This document shows, piece by piece, positions 37,439-46,931 of a stretch of 53,396 bases of DNA; position 1 is the first letter of the stretch, and the number at the start of each line of letters is the position of its first letter. Origin of the DNA: Elusimicrobiota bacterium (lineage in GTDB: Bacteria > Elusimicrobiota > Elusimicrobia > UBA1565 > UBA9628); NCBI GenBank assembly GCA_027319565.1, contig DAHVNA010000009.1, positions 1 through 53,396 on the forward strand, written 5' to 3'. The notes below the pieces were generated by a model, which worked only from the letters and a program-made list of their open reading frames with translations, had not been told where the DNA came from and did no database searches. The position numbers were made by a program, and so were the translations under genes.

Positions 37439-38641
37439 ATGGGACGCAGGCAAGAACTGGAAAAGAAACAATCGCTTCTCTCGAGATTTGGAACATCCAT
37501 CGCCTCGGAAAACAGACTAGAGAGTCTGCTGAGTCGAATCGCTCAGCAAGTCTGCCAAGTTCTCAACGCCGACCGATGCTCAGTTTTTCTCATTGATCAA
37601 AATAAGGGAGAAATCTGGACGACTGTCGCTCTTGGAATGGAAGAAAAAATATTTAGAATGCCCATCGGACAAGGCGTGGCGGGCCAGGTCGCCAAAACGG
37701 GAAATGCCATCAACTTAAAAGACGCCTATAAAGATCCTCGGTTTAGGGAAGATTTAGATCGCATCATTAATTATAAGACGCGTTCGGTTCTCGCCGTTCC
37801 TCTTAAGAATCGGGAAGGAAAAGTCAGCGGAGTCTTTGAGGTCGTCAATAAAATTCGCGGAATATTTACCGAAGAAGATGAAGGGCTCTTGTCCATTCTC
37901 TCGACCATGGCGGCGTCCTTTATCGAAAACGCCACCCTTTATGAGGAATTACGAAAATCCCATCTGGAAACCATCTACCGCATGGCTCTAGTGGCGGAGT
38001 TTCGCGATCAAAAAGACACAGCCAAACATCTGAGAAGAATGAGCCGATTTTCCGAAATACTCGCGCTCGCGATGGGGTTTTCTCACCAAGAAGCCGAAGA
38101 CCTCCGCTATGCCGCCCCACTACATGATATCGGTAAAGTCGCCATCCCCGATTCCATCTTAAGAAAGCCGGGGCAATTGACGCCCGAAGAATACGAGGAG
38201 ATGAAAAAGCACACCATCTATGGAAGCAAGATGCTCGCAAACGCCGAGAGTAAACTCTTGCGCATCGCCTCAAAAATAGCCGTCGCCCATCACGAACGCT
38301 ATGACGGATCCGGATATCCATATGGGCTTAAGGGAGAAGAGATTCCCTTGGAAGCTCGGATTGTCTCGGTCGCAGACGTATTTGACGCCCTCGTTTCCGA
38401 AAGAGTCTATAAAGGAGCTTGGACTCTTGAAGACGCCAAACAATACATCAAGGCCCAGGAACGCAAGCTCTTTGACCCCGCGGTAGTCGCGGCTTTCTTT
38501 AAATCGTTTAATTCCTTGGTTATCGCCATGGAAGAAGAAAATAACCGCATGGGTCTTGAAGGCGAAATGGGATCCGTTTTGGTCTCGCCCCCTCCACATC
38601 AAGACCGGAGAAATAGGTCTAAAGGCCTAGATCACAAATAG
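37439..38641 (+). CDS. GAF domain + HD-GYP cyclic-dinucleotide phosphodiesterase
   Basis: ADRCSVFL...DAYKDPRF...YKTRSVLAVPL GAF domain; HDIGK, HHERYDGSGYP, ADVFDAL. Confidence 0.93.
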   Translation: MGRRQELEKKQSLLSRFGTSIASENRLESLLSRIAQQVCQVLNADRCSVFLIDQNKGEIWTTVALGMEEKIFRMPIGQGVAGQVAKTGNAINLKDAYKDPRFREDLDRIINYKTRSVLAVPLKNREGKVSGVFEVVNKIRGIFTEEDEGLLSILSTMAASFIENATLYEELRKSHLETIYRMALVAEFRDQKDTAKHLRRMSRFSEILALAMGFSHQEAEDLRYAAPLHDIGKVAIPDSILRKPGQLTPEEYEEMKKHTIYGSKMLANAESKLLRIASKIAVAHHERYDGSGYPYGLKGEEIPLEARIVSVADVFDALVSERVYKGAWTLEDAKQYIKAQERKLFDPAVVAAFFKSFNSLVIAMEEENNRMGLEGEMGSVLVSPPPHQDRRNRSKGLDHK

Positions 38642-38694
38642 GTCTTTTGCCTCAGGTCTTATCTTTTATTTTTATCTATCCTATGTAAACAATT

Positions 38695-40881
38695 ATGCCC
38701 CCGTTGAAACGCGCGCTCGCAGTGGTCTTAACCGCGGCCATTTTCGTTAATCTGGCGCCCGTCTCCGCAATCCAAGCCGCCCAAATTTCCGACCCCGGAG
38801 AAAACATCCCGGGAATTCAAAATATCAAGGGAGCGCTCAACCCTGATTTTAATCTGGAAGGAAATCTCAATTTCCAAACACCCGATTTATCCTCTCTCGC
38901 GCCCGGAAATTTAAGTTCAAATAATTTAGAGCCGCTGCGCGCCGGGGAAACGATTTTCCCCGTCTCCAACAAGGAGGCAAAGACTTCTCTTCCGCTGCCC
39001 AAGGCTTCCCAGCCAAGCGCCGTTTCTCCTAAGGCGCAGACTTCAAAATCGTCTCAAGAATCCTTTTCTCTTCCGGTAAACGCCAAGGCTCTTTCCGAAC
39101 TGTCGCCGCAGTCCAAGACTTTTCCAACCAAGGCCTCTTCTATTTCGGAATCTCTCTTTGACGGTTCAAAATCTCATGCCAATAGCTTACCCCAACCGGA
39201 AGCCGAGCCTCTCTTTCCCGCTTTTTCTCACATTCTCCAGCCCGCCGAACGCGCGCGCTCAATTTCAAGCTCCAATGGCGATTATTCTTTGCCCCAACCC
39301 CCGCAACAAAAAGACGATAAAACCAAGGTCAAGCTTCCAAAATCATTGTGGTCTTTGTTTTGGGCTTCCAGCATCCTGACTTCTTTTGGCGCTTATTTTT
39401 ATATTTTAAGCCAACCGTTTTTGGTCATGCAAGCTCTCAAAAAGAGTAAGACCATGATGGGAGTTTTGCGCAATATTCAATTGGGAACAATGGCCGTGGT
39501 CAATCTTCTTCCGGTCGGCCTCATGGTGGATAAAACAAACTTTAGAATTTTGTTCGTGTCCACCATGTTCGGGCGAACAGCGCTCATGGCCGCGGTTCCT
39601 CTCTTGTTTTTTATCGGACACTTTAGCTTTCTCGCCTTGGCGGGCGTGACCGTCGCCAACGCCGTATTCCAAGGAATTCAAGCCATCGTCTACGGCGCGG
39701 CTTCAAACGCTTTTGTCGGGACCGACGGCAAACTAAACAAGGAAGCCTCCGCCGTCATCACCAAATATTCTTCCCTGGCGGGGATTATTTTCCCCATCGC
39801 GGCTGGCGCGATCGTCGGAACGCTGGTCGGGCATTTCGGCTTTGCCGGTTATGCCATCGCCTACGGACTCTATAGCCTCTTTTTGCTTTCGGCAATCCCG
39901 GTCTATTGGTTTGGGATTAAAGACCCCCGACAAAACCTTGAGATTAATACCTTCGGCCAGTTTTTTAGAGCCGCCGGCCGATTGATTGGAAATTTATTCA
40001 AAAAGAGTTCAATATCCGCGTTTCAGACGCTCAAGGATTTGTCGAAAAGCTTTCAATTCAAGAATTCCGATGAGACCCATTCGCGGTCTTTGTGGCTAAA
40101 CTCCCTATTAGCATTTCTATCTCGACACGAGGCGACCCAGGGCCTCGCCTATATCCTTAAAAACAGGATACTCAAAGTCTGGCTTTTCTCATCGTCTCTT
40201 GACTCTCTTCTGAGCGACGCGCTCCCGATGGTTGTTTTCCCGATCTTTATCGGGAAACTTTTAGTTCCGCCGGTGCATTTACCGGCCATTTTGGCTTCCC
40301 TGTTCGGAACGGCGGGCGGAGTTTTAGGACTGACCTTTGCGGTTGAATCCCTAGGGCTTTTCCTCGGAGCCTGGATGATGCAAGGCTCCAGAGGGGATTC
40401 CTTGATTCAAAAATTTGGAGTCAAGGGGTTTTACCGCATCGCGGGAATTAGTTCTCCGCTTTTTTGGCTGATGTGGCTTTTTCCGGCGGTCCTTTTTCCG
40501 GGGGCTTTCTGGGTGAATCTCCCAATGGTTCTTGCGGTTCAATTCTTGACGTCCTTTTTCCACACCCCCATCGGGGTTGCGATGGCGCCGGTCGTCCGCA
40601 AAGAAATCCCAGATGACTATTTAGGCCGGGTAGCCAGCGCCTTTTTTATCATTCAGATTCTCTCCTCCGCCTTGGGCGGAATAAGCATGGGGGTATTGCT
40701 TGATTTTGTTCCAATCGGTTCGGCGATGATCATCGCCGCCGCCAGCGTGACTTTAATGGGCGTCATCGACTGGATTATTCCGCATTGGCTTTCCGGAAAA
40801 ACAAACGCGCCCTTAAAGGCCGCGGGGCAAAGCGATAAAATCGCGATGATAGGCTTTGCAACCAATTTAAGGTTTGCCTAA
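38695..40881 (+). CDS. MFS transporter with a ~210-aa N-terminal signal peptide plus low-complexity extension
   Basis: About 12 hydrophobic segments from residue ~215, GLMVDK, EIPDDYLGRVAS; the N-terminal region is S/P-rich. Confidence 0.8.
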   Translation: MPPLKRALAVVLTAAIFVNLAPVSAIQAAQISDPGENIPGIQNIKGALNPDFNLEGNLNFQTPDLSSLAPGNLSSNNLEPLRAGETIFPVSNKEAKTSLPLPKASQPSAVSPKAQTSKSSQESFSLPVNAKALSELSPQSKTFPTKASSISESLFDGSKSHANSLPQPEAEPLFPAFSHILQPAERARSISSSNGDYSLPQPPQQKDDKTKVKLPKSLWSLFWASSILTSFGAYFYILSQPFLVMQALKKSKTMMGVLRNIQLGTMAVVNLLPVGLMVDKTNFRILFVSTMFGRTALMAAVPLLFFIGHFSFLALAGVTVANAVFQGIQAIVYGAASNAFVGTDGKLNKEASAVITKYSSLAGIIFPIAAGAIVGTLVGHFGFAGYAIAYGLYSLFLLSAIPVYWFGIKDPRQNLEINTFGQFFRAAGRLIGNLFKKSSISAFQTLKDLSKSFQFKNSDETHSRSLWLNSLLAFLSRHEATQGLAYILKNRILKVWLFSSSLDSLLSDALPMVVFPIFIGKLLVPPVHLPAILASLFGTAGGVLGLTFAVESLGLFLGAWMMQGSRGDSLIQKFGVKGFYRIAGISSPLFWLMWLFPAVLFPGAFWVNLPMVLAVQFLTSFFHTPIGVAMAPVVRKEIPDDYLGRVASAFFIIQILSSALGGISMGVLLDFVPIGSAMIIAAASVTLMGVIDWIIPHWLSGKTNAPLKAAGQSDKIAMIGFATNLRFA

Positions 40882-40902
40882 AACCGACGCGATTTTGCGC
40901 GA

Positions 40903-41643
40903 TTAACTCCCTTTCCGGGACTTCAAAAGATCCGAGAAAAAGTCGATGGGAATTGGGAAAACGATGGTCGAACTTTTCTCCGTGGCGATCTCGGATAAAG
41001 ACTGCAAATATCGAAGCTGAATGCTGACGGGATTATCCGAAAGCACCAAGGCGGCTTCCCTAAGCTTCTGAGATGCCTGAAACTCTCCATCGGCTCGAAT
41101 GATCTTCGCCCTTCGCTCGCGCTCGGCCTCGGCCTGCATGGCGATCATCCGCACCATGTCCTCCGGCAGATCAATATTTTTAACCTCGACTTTTATCACC
41201 TTGACCCCCCAAGGCTCGGTATCATTATCGAGTATTTGCTGAAGTTCGGAATTGACCTTGTCGCGGTTGGCTAATAGTTCATCCATCTCCATTCGCCCAA
41301 GAACGCTTCTTAAAGTCGTCTGAGAGAGCTGACTGGTCGCGTAAAAAAAGTCCTGAACCGCCAAAATGGCTTTTTCCGGGTCGACCACCTTGAAATAAAC
41401 CACGGCGTTGACCTTGACGGAGACATTGTCTTTCGTGATGATGTCTTGAGGCGGCACGTCATGAACCACCACGCGCAAAGTAATTTTTTGCGCGCTCATC
41501 AGACCAGGAACGACAAAAACAATCCCAGGCCCCGACACGCCCTGAAATTTCCCTAGAAAGAAAAGAACCAGCCGATCATATTCCGTGACCACGCGCACGC
41601 TCGCAAGCCCCAACGCAAACACCGCGACTAAGAAAATAAGCAT
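40903..41643 (-). CDS. SPFH/stomatin-like (slipin) membrane protein
   Basis: PQDIITKDNVSV, QTTLRSVLG, PWGVKV, QAEAERERRAK, QLRYLQ, IVFPIP. Confidence 0.95.
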   Translation of the reverse strand: MLIFLVAVFALGLASVRVVTEYDRLVLFFLGKFQGVSGPGIVFVVPGLMSAQKITLRVVVHDVPPQDIITKDNVSVKVNAVVYFKVVDPEKAILAVQDFFYATSQLSQTTLRSVLGRMEMDELLANRDKVNSELQQILDNDTEPWGVKVIKVEVKNIDLPEDMVRMIAMQAEAERERRAKIIRADGEFQASQKLREAALVLSDNPVSIQLRYLQSLSEIATEKSSTIVFPIPIDFFSDLLKSRKGS

Positions 41644-41679
41644 AAACCCCCCTTGATTTTTATTGACCCAAACGCAAAA

Positions 41680-42156
41680 CTACTCAAACATGTAATCCTG
41701 ATACGGAATATGACGAGCGTCCAACTCCTTTTTCCAAAGAGATAAAGTTTTCGGCATTTCCTGTCTAGACAGCTTGACCCAACGGCTCTCCGGCGGCGAA
41801 AAAAGTTTGACTGCCGTTTGAAACCAGATGTAAGCGTATTTAAGAGAACTTTCGGACACGCGCTCTTTTTCCCTAAAGCGCGCCAACTCAATTTTTTGAA
41901 CTTCTTCCGCCTGAGTCAGCCTCCCGCTTTTAAAATCCGCTTCTATGCGCTTTTTTCTTTGCGCGAAAATCCGCTCATAATAATCCCTTTTTAATTCCGG
42001 ATGCTCGTTCCAGTCAAGATATTTTTCTCCCTCAAGATAGGCCGCACGCGCGCGAAAAATCAAATCGACATAGGCCATGGCATAAACCGCGACAGCCGAG
42101 AAAAAGAAAATAAGCCCCCAATGGAAAAAGAGCCCCTTCTTTTGCATACCCTTCAT
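41680..42156 (-). CDS. Hypothetical membrane-anchored helical protein
   Basis: N-terminal TM helix; co-oriented with the SPFH gene. Start could be 42147, 42156 or 42183. Confidence 0.7.
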   Translation of the reverse strand: MKGMQKKGLFFHWGLIFFFSAVAVYAMAYVDLIFRARAAYLEGEKYLDWNEHPELKRDYYERIFAQRKKRIEADFKSGRLTQAEEVQKIELARFREKERVSESSLKYAYIWFQTAVKLFSPPESRWVKLSRQEMPKTLSLWKKELDARHIPYQDYMFE

Positions 42157-42221
42157 TAAATCAAAACTAATGCCGCCGTTCAATGTAAAGATTTTGCAAC
42201 AAAAATACGCAAAAATGGAGT

Positions 42222-44510
42222 ATGGCGGAAAGGGAAGGAGAAGGCTTTGGGAAAATAGAGAATCTCGAAGCCGCGCACCTCGCCTTGCGCGGCGCCCTAG
42301 AAACGATACGCAATCTCCAATCGGTCAACGAGCGCCTTAAATCAGAGAAAAAAGAGGAGTCCTACCAAAAAAAGGCCTTAGAAAATAAAGTCCTTGATCT
42401 TGAGAACGGTCTCAAAACCCTCAAGGAAAATCTCGCCCGCCAAGAAGCGATAGAAAAAGACCTCAGAGACCGCCAAGAGCGTTCCCAAAACGAGATGCGA
42501 CTTCAAATACGATCCGAAGAGCGCTCTCGCATCGAAGCCGATCAAAAACGCCTGGAAGAGGCCTTGTCTATCGCCCAGGCGGAAATAGAAAAAATCGCCC
42601 GCAGTTCCGCGGAAAAAGAAAAATCCTGGGCCGAAGCTTTAAAGAAAATCGAGGAAAGAGAAGCCTCTCTTCTTCAATCCGAAAAAGAGAAGCTTGAGCT
42701 CGCCGAAAAATATCGGCAAGACATCGGGAGAATTGAAGTCGTCCGACAAGAAAGAGACCGCGAAATCGCCGCTATCTTGCGAACGCGGGAAGAAGATCTA
42801 AAAACAATCCTTGAGGAAAGATCCGCCCTTAAAAGCCAAAATGAAAACCTGGAACGCCGTCTTGAGATTTTAGCCAAGGAAATAGAAATTAAAGTCGCGG
42901 AGAGAGAAGAAAAACTCATCAAGGAATATCGCGCACGGGAACAAGAGCTTCGCGAGAAATATGCTCGGCGCGAAAGCGAACTGCAAGCTTCCTGGGGAGA
43001 GTTGGAAAACGGGCTTTGGCAGAGAGTCAAACAAGCGCGCGAAAACCTAGACCGGGCCGCCAATCAGCAGTTTGAAGAACGCGCCAAAGCCCTGGCGGAG
43101 CGCTCCCAGGAAATAGACGAACGCCTGAGAATAGAAAGGAAAAATCTCGAAGAAGAGTTCCAGCAAAAAGCGGCGTCCTATGAAGCGCGTTATACGGAAC
43201 TTGAAAGCCGCCTCAGAAAGCAATGGAGCGATAAAGAAGAAAAACTCATCCGGCATTTTGAAGAAGAACTCGCGAAAGAAAAACTTCCTCTCCAGAATCA
43301 AATCGCGGAAAAACTTAAAGCCCTCGATGAAGAATATGCGCTCAAGCAAAGAGAACTGGCGAGAAAACAAGAGGACCTTGAGGAAAAATTCCGCAGAAAA
43401 GAAGCCGAGCTTGAAAGCGAAACCTTAAGACTAAGAGAAAACAGGATTCAAGAATTAAAACGCGAATTCGAAAGAAAAAGTTCGGAACTTGAAGGAATCT
43501 ACCAAGATCGCGCAAGACAACTCGCGGAAAGACAAAACGAAATAGAGGAAGAAGCGAGAAAACAGAAATTGTCCCTTGAACAATTTTTTGCAAACCGTGA
43601 AAACGAATTAAGAGAAGCTCTCAAACAAGACAAGGAAAATTTCCTCAAGGAGCAGACCTCGCGCCTGGAACTCGAAAAAGCCGCCATTAAGGCTGAATAT
43701 GAGGAAAAGAGCCGCGCCTTAGACGCGGCTTTTGCCGCTAAAACCGCTGAAATCGAGCGAATACAGCAGTCTCAATCCCAGGAGTTTAAAGATTGGAAGG
43801 CCCGCGTTATCTCAGATTATGCCCTTAAGGAAAAAAATCTCGACAAGCAATGGGGTCTAAGAGAAGAAGAATTAGTCCGTCGCTATGAATCCGAGCTGGA
43901 ACGCCAAAGGCGGGAATTCGCTCAACAGCTGGTCAAGGTCAAAGACGAAATGGAAGAAAGAAGGAAAAAAGAAAAAGAAGAAGCTCTGGAGCGAGAACAC
44001 GAGCTCCAGCGATATTTTAACTCCAGGGAAGAAGCCCTCAAAAGGGAAATGGCCCGCCGGGAAGAGGATTTAATCTATAACCACGAAATTCAAATCGCCG
44101 AAATGCGCGAGCGTCACGCGGAAGAACTCGCCCGCAAAGAAAAAATGATTGAAGCCCGCTTTGAAAGGCGCAAAGCCGATATGGAAGCGGAAATTGCCAA
44201 GGCCAAGGAAACCGCCGAAAAATTTGAAGCCGAGGTTTTAAAACAGCAATCCAAAGATCTCGACACTCTCAGAAAAGAGTTGCAAGAGGAGTGGAAGCGT
44301 CGTTCTTTGGAACTAGACCGAAGAAAAGTAGAGCTTGAAAAAAACTATTTTGAAAAAGAAGAGAGAGCGAAAGAACTTTTAGCGCGCAGAGAAAAAGAAC
44401 TTTCCGCCAAAATTCAAGAGATTAATTCTCAAGCTTCTCAGTCGAAACCCTCTCAATCGGAAGAAGTGCGGCCAATTAAAGACGTAGACCCACCGGACGA
44501 CGCCTCCTAA
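42222..44510 (+). CDS. Long coiled-coil protein (E/K/R-rich, hendecad repeats)
   Basis: 762 aa, nearly devoid of Pro and Gly, charge-rich, with 11-residue periodicity. Confidence 0.85.
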   Translation: MAEREGEGFGKIENLEAAHLALRGALETIRNLQSVNERLKSEKKEESYQKKALENKVLDLENGLKTLKENLARQEAIEKDLRDRQERSQNEMRLQIRSEERSRIEADQKRLEEALSIAQAEIEKIARSSAEKEKSWAEALKKIEEREASLLQSEKEKLELAEKYRQDIGRIEVVRQERDREIAAILRTREEDLKTILEERSALKSQNENLERRLEILAKEIEIKVAEREEKLIKEYRAREQELREKYARRESELQASWGELENGLWQRVKQARENLDRAANQQFEERAKALAERSQEIDERLRIERKNLEEEFQQKAASYEARYTELESRLRKQWSDKEEKLIRHFEEELAKEKLPLQNQIAEKLKALDEEYALKQRELARKQEDLEEKFRRKEAELESETLRLRENRIQELKREFERKSSELEGIYQDRARQLAERQNEIEEEARKQKLSLEQFFANRENELREALKQDKENFLKEQTSRLELEKAAIKAEYEEKSRALDAAFAAKTAEIERIQQSQSQEFKDWKARVISDYALKEKNLDKQWGLREEELVRRYESELERQRREFAQQLVKVKDEMEERRKKEKEEALEREHELQRYFNSREEALKREMARREEDLIYNHEIQIAEMRERHAEELARKEKMIEARFERRKADMEAEIAKAKETAEKFEAEVLKQQSKDLDTLRKELQEEWKRRSLELDRRKVELEKNYFEKEERAKELLARREKELSAKIQEINSQASQSKPSQSEEVRPIKDVDPPDDAS

Positions 44511-44585
44511 TTTCCCCCACCAATCCAAAATTGGTTTGCATTTTTTTTTCACTTATGGCACAATGGGGCTTAATAAGGGGGCTTT

Positions 44586-45587
44586 ATGTCCAAAAAGAAA
44601 AAACTATTCTTTCTGCCAGCCGCGATGTTATCTGTCTGCTTAATTCTCTCCCAAAATTCTTTTAGCGGTTCTTCCGTTTCCAAAGAAAGCTTCTTGCCTA
44701 CCAATCACCTCAAAAATCCGATTACTTCCATGTCGGCCAAGAGCGGCATCACCGAAGAGCAATTTAACCAGGTCATCGACGAGGTTCAGGCCGTCTATGC
44801 CCCAATTGTCGCCGCCCATGGCGGGACACTGGTCTTTAACCGCCTATGGAATGATCCGACCGTTAATTCCGATGCCGAAGAAATCAACGGACAATGGATT
44901 ATCAACAGCTATGGAGGCTTGGCGCGGGACAAACATATGACCCAAGATGGTTTCGCCTTGGTCGCCTGTCATGAAATGGGGCACCATTTAGGCGGAGCGC
45001 CCAAGTATGGCGGCGGGGATAATTGGGCTTCTGATGAAGGAGAAGCCGATTATTTCTCAACCTCTAAATGCCTCCACCGCGTTTTCGCCGATTCAGGATC
45101 CGCTCAATTTACCCGCTTTTGGGGCAATAAAGATTCTATCTTCGTTAGAAAGGCCTGCGCGAAATCTTATCCCAACAGTCAAGGAGAAATTTCAATTTGC
45201 GTGCGTGAAGCCATGGCCGGGCTTTCCGTTTCAGGGCTTTTGGCGGAATTAACACGGGACCACAAGCCGCTTCATTTCTACACTCCGGATCCCCATATCA
45301 TCCATCAAACCTATGACGGCCATCCCGCCGCCCAATGCCGGTTAGACACTTATTTTCAGGGCGCTCTATGCAACAAGTCTTATTTAGTCGACATGAGCAA
45401 CACCGATCCCGCGGTCGGGGCTTGCGTTCTTTCCCAAGGCTACACTTCAGGAATGAGGCCTTTATGCTGGTATAAACCATCTCAAGATGAATTGCCAGCC
45501 TCGACTGATACCGCAAATATCGCTTCGGCTCTTAAGGCCAACGCGATGAGCTTTCTTAAAAGCCCGTCTTTATGGAAAGACCGCTAG
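44586..45587 (+). CDS. Secreted zinc metalloprotease (HExxH)
   Basis: Signal peptide; VACHEMGHHLGGAP and downstream DEGEADYF third-ligand motif; multiple Cys. Confidence 0.8.
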   Translation: MSKKKKLFFLPAAMLSVCLILSQNSFSGSSVSKESFLPTNHLKNPITSMSAKSGITEEQFNQVIDEVQAVYAPIVAAHGGTLVFNRLWNDPTVNSDAEEINGQWIINSYGGLARDKHMTQDGFALVACHEMGHHLGGAPKYGGGDNWASDEGEADYFSTSKCLHRVFADSGSAQFTRFWGNKDSIFVRKACAKSYPNSQGEISICVREAMAGLSVSGLLAELTRDHKPLHFYTPDPHIIHQTYDGHPAAQCRLDTYFQGALCNKSYLVDMSNTDPAVGACVLSQGYTSGMRPLCWYKPSQDELPASTDTANIASALKANAMSFLKSPSLWKDR

Positions 45588-46294
45588 CGCTTTTGGGAAA
45601 CCGCAGAATTTTTAGCGATCCAAGACAATAGACGCTCGACAAACCCGGGATGGGCCAACATCTGAGCCCCATGCCCGGAGGAAGCCTGCAAGAAAACCAC
45701 GTTAGGTATCGTCAGCAAGGACAAAGCGGTTTGAAACGCATATGAATCCTGCGGAGAAGCCGCGACGCATAGTCTTACATTTTGAGGGATTCTCAGGCGA
45801 ACCCCGCGATATTCTTGTCCCGGAGAAAGAAGCGCCGCCCACGGCAGCTTTAACTGATCGGCCACTCTAGAAGCAAGGTTTGCCCCAATTGAACCGCCAA
45901 TTAAACCTATCTGTTTTGCTTTAAACCCGCGTTTATTTAAGAAACGAACGGCGGACTCGACGTCTTTCTGAGCGGAAGCCCAGTCGGAATCGGAAAATTG
46001 GCTCCATTTTTTTTTCCCCGCCAGCGCGCTATTTCCATGTCCCCTTAAATCAATCGCCAAGGTTCCAAGCCCCATTTCCCAAAGCTTTGGCTCCAAGGTG
46101 TCCCATTCGCCAAATCCCGCGCCAACTCCGTGCACCAAGACAACCGCTCCCTTGGCTTTAGGCGGCGCGTAATAGACGCCGGCAATATTCCAGCCATCCG
46201 AAGTCTTAAAATGGATGAGACGAGTTTTGGGCGCAACGCCGGCAAAGCCAATGGTAACGCAGAGAATTCTAGCGAGCGCGTAAAGCGATATCAT
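45584..46294 (-). CDS. Alpha/beta-fold hydrolase
   Basis: VLVHG, IDLRGHGNS, GGSIG nucleophile elbow, GHGAQM. Start approximate. Confidence 0.85.
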   Translation of the reverse strand: MISLYALARILCVTIGFAGVAPKTRLIHFKTSDGWNIAGVYYAPPKAKGAVVLVHGVGAGFGEWDTLEPKLWEMGLGTLAIDLRGHGNSALAGKKKWSQFSDSDWASAQKDVESAVRFLNKRGFKAKQIGLIGGSIGANLASRVADQLKLPWAALLSPGQEYRGVRLRIPQNVRLCVAASPQDSYAFQTALSLLTIPNVVFLQASSGHGAQMLAHPGFVERLLSWIAKNSAVSQKR

Positions 46295-46931
46295 AAGCAG
46301 AATTATACAGCGAAAAAACCTCTCCCTGCAAGCGATAGAGACTTCGAATGAAAAATTGAGATTGGTAGACAAACAAGGGAGATTCATCATCGGGATGAGA
46401 CTCAATGACCTTGTCATCGGCCATGGCATCCAAATACAGGGAATTGACTTCCAATTGAAGGCGCTTGATTTCCGCCAGAATCAGAAGAGAATTTTGATAG
46501 ATCTGCGGATCCGGCAAAGCCTGGGAAAACGCGATATTAGAGCGCACCGTCAAATAAGCCAAATTGTTTTTGACCTGGACCATTCCCTGCCCGAGAGTGC
46601 TCAGATTAAGGCCCACGATCTTGAGGCTTGCGCTTGGATGATCTTGGTTAAAAGCGTAGCGAAGGCTGCCCAATTGCGTCTTGACATAGGAGTCGATCTG
46701 GCCGACATTGGCGGCTTGCTGCAAGACTTCCCCCGCGATTGAACGCAAAACAGGAACGAGATTGGGATCGCTTTCCGAGCGGCTCTGCCGGTCTCGAGCC
46801 TCAATAAGAGCGTCAAAATAATAGCGCTCTTGCCATAGAAGCGGAACAGAAGCGGCAAAAGTTGCTCGCTGGTCAATCAACAGGCAGAAGACAATCCCAA
46901 TAGACGCGCGAGGAAGACAAAATCGTCTCAT
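46269..46931 (-). CDS. Hypothetical exported helical protein
   Basis: Signal-peptide-like N-terminus; TAATG overlap with the upstream M23 gene. Confidence 0.65.
   Translation of the reverse strand: MRRFCLPRASIGIVFCLLIDQRATFAASVPLLWQERYYFDALIEARDRQSRSESDPNLVPVLRSIAGEVLQQAANVGQIDSYVKTQLGSLRYAFNQDHPSASLKIVGLNLSTLGQGMVQVKNNLAYLTVRSNIAFSQALPDPQIYQNSLLILAEIKRLQLEVNSLYLDAMADDKVIESHPDDESPLFVYQSQFFIRSLYRLQGEVFSLYNSAYDIALRAR

Noticed and set aside
42222..44510. SMC/Rad50 ATPase or phage tape measure protein
   Set aside because: No Walker motifs or hinge, and no phage genes nearby.
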